From: Candidatus Bathyarchaeia archaeon
GTDB lineage: Archaea; Thermoproteota; Bathyarchaeia; TCS64
Direction: 5' to 3'
Assembly: GCA_050014495.1 (NCBI GenBank)
Contig: JBEKDF010000057.1
Coordinates: forward strand, 1-12,147
DNA length: 12,147 nt
The notes beneath the pieces are model-generated. The model did no database searches. It had not been told where the DNA came from and was given only the letters and a program-made list of their open reading frames with translations. A program made the position numbers and the translations under genes. Every line of letters starts with the position of its first letter. The first letter of the stretch is position 1. Of the stretch, positions 6,614 through 12,147 are shown piece after piece.

Positions 6614-7108
6614 ATGTACGAAGGAAAAAGTGACAAGACTCCGAAGAATGATACTGATCTCAAACTGATAGCATCCACCCTCAGAGTTTACCTAGAGAAG
6701 CTAGACAGGGAGATCAAGAACATCGAGGTGTTCATCCCTGAGAAACAGGACCGTAACCCACGGAAACACGAACTCGCCCAAGCCGAGGGCATCAGGTACG
6801 CCGCCCGAGAGCTGTTGAAGGTCCTAGGAATGAAGACTACCTGGCTCGAAGAGACCCAGATGGCAGAGAAGCAGTCGAAGGGCTACAACAACTTCAGCTA
6901 CGACGATCCAGACGGCACATTCTATTTCGGCTACTTCAAGAGCAAGAAAGCCTTCGTAGATGCCTACCTAGGGGAGACGGGTAACTGGGGCAGCAGGAGC
7001 GAGAGAGGTTGGGTGAACGAGCGCGTTGGCACATTCGATGAGGGCAAGTACGGCGTGGAAGCCTGGGTGAACTTAGAGAAGCTCTGCAAGAAGGAACTGC
7101 TGGAGTGA
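6614..7108 (+). CDS. hypothetical protein (164 aa), first gene of an operon divergent from the HTH-CBS regulator
   Basis: Strong SD GTGAGGAG at 6604-6611; protein-like composition; GTGA overlap with the next gene. No family recognised. Confidence 0.75.
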   Translation: MYEGKSDKTPKNDTDLKLIASTLRVYLEKLDREIKNIEVFIPEKQDRNPRKHELAQAEGIRYAARELLKVLGMKTTWLEETQMAEKQSKGYNNFSYDDPDGTFYFGYFKSKKAFVDAYLGETGNWGSRSERGWVNERVGTFDEGKYGVEAWVNLEKLCKKELLE

Positions 7109-7446
7109 GCTCCGATATGAACACTAAAAAACGTGCACACGCAATTGACGAGCCAAAATATGCCCGTGCTTATCGAATAACAAATCCGAGTGACCGTAGG
7201 AAAGTCACTGTATACACGGCGAAGTGGTGTGATGTTTGCAAGAAGCAGGTGCCGATGATACAGACGTTAGCCCAGATGTACGGTTTTACCGTTGAATTAG
7301 TCGACGTCGACAGCGAGGATCTGGATGTACAGAAGAGGGCCCAGTACATCCGGTTTGTGCCATATATTGAGTACCTTGGACTTGAGATCAGCTTCAGCGA
7401 ACTGATGGATGTAATCAAAGAAACAGGGGGAGCAGGCGTTGGATAG
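7105..7446 (+). CDS. thioredoxin/glutaredoxin-fold protein (WCDVC)
   Basis: KVTVYTAKWCDVCKK is a beta1-CxxC-helix; ELVDVD is beta2; IRFVPYI is the cis-Pro loop. Overlaps both neighbours. The start could be ATG7117. Confidence 0.85.
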   Translation: MSSDMNTKKRAHAIDEPKYARAYRITNPSDRRKVTVYTAKWCDVCKKQVPMIQTLAQMYGFTVELVDVDSEDLDVQKRAQYIRFVPYIEYLGLEISFSELMDVIKETGGAGVG

Positions 7447-7828
7447 AATCGAAATACTGCTTGATGTCCTCGAGGCAAACGGATTCCCTAGTATTAGATC
7501 GAAGATGCGAGAAAGGGAGGACGAGCTCATGAGAGGCGCCACGTTTAGGAATATTCTAAATGCAGAGGAGATAGAGGTTGTCAGGAAGGTACTAAGAGAG
7601 TTCAAAGTTCCAAGTCCAACTGGCTGGGCACACGCAATGATGGTTCACGGAATGCGCCAGGACATCGAGAGATTCTCAGAGGACAATGTCTACGATTATA
7701 CGGAACTCTGTAACCTCAGCTTCACTCTTAGAGAAGCTGGTTTGGCGGACAAGGAAACCTGGCGCAAAATCGAGAACGCTAAAAATTCAATGAAAAAATA
7801 CACGCACGCAACTTGGAGGGATTCTTGA
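7439..7828 (+). CDS. hypothetical protein (129 aa, probably alpha-helical)
   Basis: TTG start overlapping the thioredoxin stop, preceded by GGGGGAG; charged helical composition. No family recognised. Confidence 0.7.
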   Translation: MDRIEILLDVLEANGFPSIRSKMREREDELMRGATFRNILNAEEIEVVRKVLREFKVPSPTGWAHAMMVHGMRQDIERFSEDNVYDYTELCNLSFTLREAGLADKETWRKIENAKNSMKKYTHATWRDS

Positions 7829-7898
7829 TGAGCGCTTGGGGATAAATCAGAAATAATTCGAAATTTGTTTGATACAACATTAGGCTGCGCGCACTTGG

Positions 7899-8246
7899 CT
7901 AGTCTTCCTTGTCATCTTCCAAGTACTCGACCTCATCACCCGCCTCGAGGGCGAAGTTCATATGAGCCATGCTTGCACCCGCGTTCAGGGCCGCAGAGAT
8001 GGCGATGACCTCAGCAAGCTCCTCCTTCGTTGCACCCGCCGCCAACGCCCTCTTAGAATGAGCCTCGATGCAGTATGGGCACCTCGTTATGTAGGTGGCT
8101 GCGACCGCGCAGAGCTCCTTCGTCTTCACGTCGAGCCTACCAGGCTCGAACACCTTCTCATCGAAAGCGCCGAAGGCCTTCAGAACGTCTTGGTTGAAGT
8201 ATTTCGCTACCTCAGCTTTCCTCTTCTTTGCATAATAATATGCCAT
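7899..8246 (-). CDS. carboxymuconolactone decarboxylase / AhpD-like alkylhydroperoxidase family protein
   Basis: LDVKTKELCAVAATYITRCPYCIEAHSKRALAAGATKEELAEVI matches the AhpD core (E...CxxC...H...GAT.EE). TATA-like TTTTAAT on the minus strand at 8278-8272, ~26 nt upstream, suggests a leaderless transcript. Confidence 0.93.
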   Translation of the reverse strand: MAYYYAKKRKAEVAKYFNQDVLKAFGAFDEKVFEPGRLDVKTKELCAVAATYITRCPYCIEAHSKRALAAGATKEELAEVIAISAALNAGASMAHMNFALEAGDEVEYLEDDKED

Positions 8247-8536
8247 AGACTAGCATCACACCAAATACTTCATTAAAACCTGTCGGTCCGATAGACTCCG
8301 TTCAGCTCCGAGCGTTAAGTGATTAGTCTTCGAGGAGTCGAGCGGATTTGTTCACCCGCGCTTAGCATAGAAACTTGCAAGCGCAAGACCATTATATGGT
8401 TAAAGAAAAGCGCGTCAGCTCAACCAGTTTTTCACATCATCCTCTCCAACTCAGCAATGGGCTCACCAAGCCCTCATGATTGATTGAAAGACTCTATAGA
8501 CAGTTCACCTATCCTTAAACCAGGAGACTTGGAGGT

Positions 8537-9397
8537 TTGGAAAATCTAATCATAACCGCGGCCGTAACAGGCGGGGAGTACGTCTCGAGGGAGGACACAC
8601 CATACGTTCCCAAGACGGTCGATGAGGTGGTGGCGGAGGTGGTGAGAAGCGTAGAGGCGGGGGCATCGATGGTGCACCTCCACGCCAAGAACCCCGAATC
8701 GGGGGAGGCCTACTCCGGGGATCCGAACCCCGTCCTCAGGGAGTACATCGAGAGGATCCGCGAGCGAGTCGACGTTGTGATCAACGTCACCACAGGAGGA
8801 GGCAGGGTGGGGAACCCCGTGGAGGTTTGGGATCGACTCGTGAAGGAGAAGTGCAGGCTCGGAGAGGAGATGATGAGCCTCAACATGGGCACCATCAACA
8901 GGTGGGCTGAACACCCCACAGGCGACGTCTTCCTTAACACCGTACCCATGATCGAACGCTGGTGCGGATACATGCGTGACGCCGGGGTGAAGCCGGAGCA
9001 CGAGGTCTACGACACCGGCATGATAAACACCTGCAGACAGATCGCCGAGAAGAAGATACTGATCGACCCTCTTCACATCCAGTTCGTCATGGTGGGTAGA
9101 ACCGGCTTCCTTCCGACGATGAAGACGCTCATCTACAGCCTGGACCAGATCCCGCAGACCTGGACCTGGAGCGTCTGCGCCTTGGGGAGGAACGAGATAC
9201 CCATGTGCACCGCCGCGATGATCCAGGGGGGCCACGTCAGAGTCGGCTTCGAAGACAACATCTTCATCCGCAAGGGAGAGCACGCGAAGAGCAACGCCGA
9301 CCTCGTCAGGAAAATGGTAAACATCGCCAAGGAGCTCGAGAGACCCATAGCCGACCCTAGCGAAACGAGGAGGATCCTCGGCCTGAAAAAGGTCTAA
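8537..9397 (+). CDS. beta-keto acid cleavage enzyme (BKACE / DUF849; 3-keto-5-aminohexanoate cleavage enzyme family)
   Basis: LIITAAVTGGE...P.T.DE....V.S.EAGASMVHLH (Zn ligands HxH); TTGG; SLNMGTIN; KPEHEVYD.G; GGHVRVGFEDN (Arg/Glu/Asp); SNADLV; TRRILGL. TTG start with AGGAG upstream. Confidence 0.95.
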   Translation: MENLIITAAVTGGEYVSREDTPYVPKTVDEVVAEVVRSVEAGASMVHLHAKNPESGEAYSGDPNPVLREYIERIRERVDVVINVTTGGGRVGNPVEVWDRLVKEKCRLGEEMMSLNMGTINRWAEHPTGDVFLNTVPMIERWCGYMRDAGVKPEHEVYDTGMINTCRQIAEKKILIDPLHIQFVMVGRTGFLPTMKTLIYSLDQIPQTWTWSVCALGRNEIPMCTAAMIQGGHVRVGFEDNIFIRKGEHAKSNADLVRKMVNIAKELERPIADPSETRRILGLKKV

Positions 9398-9412
9398 GCA
9401 TAACCAAGGAGA

Positions 9413-10375
9413 GTGCACGAGGTAATCGAAGGAATCAGGCGGATCGCCTGCGTCGGAAGTGGACTAGTGGGACAAGGATGGGCGGCACTCTTCGCACTGT
9501 CGGGGTACCAAGTCACCCTCGAGGACGTGCGTGAGGAACAACTAGACGAAGCTCTCAGGCGAGTCGAGAGGCAGATGAACTTCCTAGAGTCATCCGGACT
9601 CGCAAGCAGCGCGGATAAAGCCCTCAGACGCCTAAGGAAAACGACGAGCCTAAGCGAAGCGGTGACCGGAGCCGACTACGTCCAGGAATCAGTCTACGAG
9701 AGCTACGCAGCGAAGAAGGAGGTCTACGGCGAGATGGATGAAGCCGCGGAACCCGAAGCAATCCTTGCAAGCAGCAGCTCAGGCCTAATGATGAGTGAGA
9801 TACAGAAGGCCGCCAAGCGCCACCCCGAGCGATGCATAGTCGCCCACCCATGGAACCCGTCCTACCTCGTCCCACTCGTAGAGCTCTCACCGGGTGAACA
9901 AACCTCCCCCAACACCACCAAAAGAACCTACAAGCTCATGGAGGACATAGGCAAGGTACCCGTCGTGCTGAGGAAGGAAGTGCCCGGCTTCATAGCAAAC
10001 AGGCTCTCATCCGCCCTCTGGAGGGAAGCCCTAAACCTAGTGGACACCGGAGTCGCCTCAGCCGAGGATGTCGATAAGGCCATCGTGAACGGACCTGGCC
10101 TCAGGTGGGCAATCATGGGACCCTACCTGACATACCACCTCGGAGGTGGGAAGGGCGGCATCGAGTACCTGATGCGGCACATAGACGTCTCCAAAGCCAA
10201 GTGGCTCGAGACCATGGCCAAATGGACCGAGACCCCAGAGTCAGCTGTCGAGAAGGCCGTCGAAGGCGTCCACGAGATGGATCTGGTCAGGGAGCACAGC
10301 TACGAGGAGCTCGAGGACTGGAGGGACAAGTCCATGGTCGATATCCTAAAGTCCCGCAGGAAACCATCCACCTGA
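9413..10375 (+). CDS. 3-hydroxyacyl-CoA dehydrogenase superfamily, lambda-crystallin (L-gulonate 3-dehydrogenase) / L-carnitine dehydrogenase-like branch
   Basis: GSGLVGQGWA; YVQESVYE; ILASSSSG; catalytic HPWNP..L.PLVE; GFIANRL..ALWREA..LV..GVAS.EDVD.AI..GPGLRWA.MGP.LTYHLGGG. Starts 15 nt after BKACE, with SD AAGGAG. Confidence 0.9.
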   Translation: MHEVIEGIRRIACVGSGLVGQGWAALFALSGYQVTLEDVREEQLDEALRRVERQMNFLESSGLASSADKALRRLRKTTSLSEAVTGADYVQESVYESYAAKKEVYGEMDEAAEPEAILASSSSGLMMSEIQKAAKRHPERCIVAHPWNPSYLVPLVELSPGEQTSPNTTKRTYKLMEDIGKVPVVLRKEVPGFIANRLSSALWREALNLVDTGVASAEDVDKAIVNGPGLRWAIMGPYLTYHLGGGKGGIEYLMRHIDVSKAKWLETMAKWTETPESAVEKAVEGVHEMDLVREHSYEELEDWRDKSMVDILKSRRKPST

Positions 10376-10388
10376 TCTGTCCATTTGC

Positions 10389-11285
10389 TCACGGCTCAAG
10401 AAAATCTTTATCCAAATACCTAGGCTCAGGATAGGAGTAGAACCCTCGACCCGACTTCACCCCCAGGTCCCCCCTCTCGATCCTCTCCAACAGAAGCCGA
10501 GGCGGCGCATCCCTAACGTCACGCGACTCACCATAATAGACGTTCTCGATGTCCCTAACCACATCGAGGCCCACCCTATCCATCAGCCCAAAGGGCCCTA
10601 CCTCAGTCCCATAGAAGCACATCCAGGCCCGATCAACATCCTCGAAGGACGCGACCCCATCGTCAACGAGGTGCAAGCACTCCCTTTTGACAGCACGCCA
10701 CACCCTGTTGAAGATGAAGCCCGTACTCTCCTTCCTGACTACCAGCGGGACCATCCCGATGGACCTCATAAAGTCGCTCACACGCGTCAGGGTCGCCTCA
10801 GAGGTTCTGGTCCCCCTCATGAGTTCTACGACCCTGCTCCTCCAGGGGAAAGAGTAGAAGTGTGTGTTTAAAACAAGGTCAGGCCTCTTCGTTGCATCCT
10901 CGATCAACGACACCCGGATCGATGAGCTGTTTGTGGTAAGAATAGTACCTGGGTCACAAAGGGTGTCCAGATCGGCAAAGACCTTCCTCTTTAAGTCGAG
11001 TCTCTCCGGTACCGCCTCGATGACAAGTTCTACCCCCTCGATGGCCTTGGCTGGGTCCGTTTCAACATTAATGTGTTTAATAGCGGATTCCTTCTCAACG
11101 ATTGAAGCCTCCCCAGCCTCAACCCACGAGTCAAGTTTCCTCGAGATGTTCGACGAAGCATTCTCCAGGGCCTCTGTCGAGATATCATATAGATTGGTCG
11201 GACGGCCATGACTCGCGCATTGTAGTGCGATCTGCCAGCCGAGAGTACCAGCTCCGAAGACGCAGACGCGCTCCAGAATACCCAT
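10389..11285 (-). CDS. 3-hydroxyacyl-CoA (3-hydroxybutyryl-CoA) dehydrogenase family protein
   Basis: GAGTLGWQIA; LVIEAVPE.L.LK..VF; TNSSS; THFYSFPW...VVE; KES.GFIFNR; EDVDRAW...GPF.LMD.VGLD; G.LG.KSG.GFY. I prefer ATG11285 to TTG11303 because TATA-like TTTATC lies at 11312-11307 on the minus strand. Confidence 0.92.
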   Translation of the reverse strand: MGILERVCVFGAGTLGWQIALQCASHGRPTNLYDISTEALENASSNISRKLDSWVEAGEASIVEKESAIKHINVETDPAKAIEGVELVIEAVPERLDLKRKVFADLDTLCDPGTILTTNSSSIRVSLIEDATKRPDLVLNTHFYSFPWRSRVVELMRGTRTSEATLTRVSDFMRSIGMVPLVVRKESTGFIFNRVWRAVKRECLHLVDDGVASFEDVDRAWMCFYGTEVGPFGLMDRVGLDVVRDIENVYYGESRDVRDAPPRLLLERIERGDLGVKSGRGFYSYPEPRYLDKDFLEP

Positions 11286-11405
11286 GGCGATAAAGAGGCT
11301 CAACTAGATAAAGTCATAGCCCCAAAAAAAGCATCCATGGACCGTACAGAGCCCATACTCTTGCCGCGCGCGCGGATTTTGCTGATCTTAACCATCATCA
11401 GGCGA

Positions 11406-11421
11406 TTTATCACTTGATAAA
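11406..11421. promoter_or_regulatory. perfect 7-2-7 palindrome TTTATCA-CT-TGATAAA in the divergent intergenic region
   Basis: Exact dyad, extendable by AGGC (11400-11403) / GCCT (11422-11425) with a 2-nt bulge. Confidence 0.45.
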
Positions 11422-11539
11422 GCCTAGGCACAAACTGCGAGGGGAGGGAGGCGTGAAAGAGGGCGCATCGCGTGCACATAAAGGAATACTAGGATTTGAA
11501 AACATAAAACCCTTAATCCCGAACTCGCCTCTAGGCTCC

Positions 11540-11941
11540 GTGGACATTCCCACCATCAGCCTCATTACGCAATTCGCCATCCTCGCTCTCCTCCTCTACG
11601 GTTACGCGCTCTTCAGAAAGGGAAACCTTGCTAGACATGGACAAGTTCTCTTAGCCGCTGTCGCCATACACACGACCGCCATCCTCGCTATCATGCTCCC
11701 CCTTTTCCTCGCCTCCCCCACAAGCTACGTCCCAAACCTAACGACGCTCATGGGGCTCGGCAACATCACCCACATAGTATCCGGGACGATAGCAGAGATT
11801 CTCGCCGTCTACATTGTCATCAGGTGGATCCGCAACCGCCTCAACCCAAGCGGCTGCAGGGGTAAACTCATCATGAGAGCCACAATGATCCTCTGGCTCA
11901 TCTCTCTCCTCACAGGTCTCGGCACCTACTTCATCTATTAA
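11540..11941 (+). CDS. DUF420-like four-helix membrane protein
   Basis: Four hydrophobic helices with His in ARHG and THIVSG, as in DUF420/YozB-like proteins. The real start is probably GTG11540 (MDIPTISL), with BRE/TATA-like AAAACCCTTAAT at 11506-11517. The 11414-11539 extension looks non-coding. Confidence 0.75.
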   Translation: MDIPTISLITQFAILALLLYGYALFRKGNLARHGQVLLAAVAIHTTAILAIMLPLFLASPTSYVPNLTTLMGLGNITHIVSGTIAEILAVYIVIRWIRNRLNPSGCRGKLIMRATMILWLISLLTGLGTYFIY

Positions 11942-11964
11942 CCCGTTCGCGCGCGCCATCTAGT

Positions 11965-11987
11965 GGGGCAAGCCGGAGGCGAGCCCC
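11965..11987 (+). terminator. GC-rich hairpin GGGGC-AA-GCC-GGA-GGC-GA-GCCCC downstream of the DUF420-like gene
   Basis: A 5-bp and a 3-bp stem separated by a 2x2 internal loop, 23 nt after the stop. No U-tract follows, so a terminator role is uncertain. Confidence 0.3.
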
Positions 11988-12033
11988 GTCGTCGTATCGT
12001 GTATATGTGGGGGATAAGGCTATGGCCCCAGTC

Positions 12034-12105
12034 CTTTCGCCCCAAATGGAACATTCAATAAATCTTTAAAGATAGTGATATTCTGCAGTCTTTTAGGGGC
12101 GAAAG
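12034..12105. repeat. 10-bp perfect inverted repeat CTTTCGCCCC / GGGGCGAAAG enclosing an AT-rich spacer with the palindrome ATCTTTAAAGAT (12062-12073)
   Basis: Arms at 12034-12043 and 12096-12105, 52-nt spacer, palindrome nearly centred. Confidence 0.65.
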
Positions 12106-12147
12106 TTTTAGTCGTTAGGTTCTATGGTTCTTTTGTCGTGGTTATAT

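Noticed and set aside
8537..9397. Assigning the symbol kce or cdhC
   Set aside because: The family is clear, but motifs and gene context do not fix the substrate.
8546..9418. 290-aa antisense ORF over the BKACE gene
   Set aside because: Explained by the strong C/G third-position bias of the sense gene, which removes antisense stops. The translation has no motif.
11414..11539. N-terminal extension of the DUF420-like ORF
   Set aside because: Hydrophilic, not family-like, and contains the probable BRE/TATA. GTG11540 is the better start.
11965..11987. Resemblance of the hairpin to SRP RNA helix 8
   Set aside because: Lacks the GNRA tetraloop and the CAGG/AGCA internal loop, and no surrounding SRP structure is visible.
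12034..12105. CRISPR repeat (GAAAG end) or canonical ORB
   Set aside because: Only two copies, inverted rather than tandem, with no spacer array. It does not match the TTCCA.TGGAA ORB dyad.

Overview
A gene-dense accessory region, probably archaeal. The basis is TATA-box-like elements about 25-30 nt before several starts, frequent TTG/GTG starts and an archaeal-type HTH-CBS regulator; a Bathyarchaeia-like source is only a guess. In order it encodes: a membrane-anchored Ig-like/BsuPI-like protein, an uncalled 41-aa membrane peptide, a coupled Zn-alcohol dehydrogenase/nitroreductase pair, a cytochrome b5-like protein, a flavodoxin-domain protein, an MFS transporter, an uncalled RidA-family gene broken by two compensating frameshifts, an XRE-HTH/CBS regulator divergent from a three-gene operon (orphan, CxxC thioredoxin-fold, orphan), an AhpD/CMD protein, a BKACE (DUF849) enzyme with a lambda-crystallin/carnitine-dehydrogenase-type 3-hydroxyacid dehydrogenase, a convergent 3-hydroxyacyl-CoA dehydrogenase and a DUF420-like membrane protein. 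The most unusual non-coding signals are: (i) two copies of a 23-bp dyad site (CTTGATTCT-N5-GAATCATGT) bracketing the HTH-CBS gene; (ii) GCGCGC/(CG)n tracts found at seven loci, none inside the well-supported genes; (iii) a perfect 14-bp inverted repeat in the MFS/ridA divergent promoter; (iv) a 10-bp inverted repeat around an AT-rich palindrome at the right end. No tRNA, rRNA, CRISPR array, transposase or integrase was recognised. Family calls come from motif recognition by eye, not from database searches.
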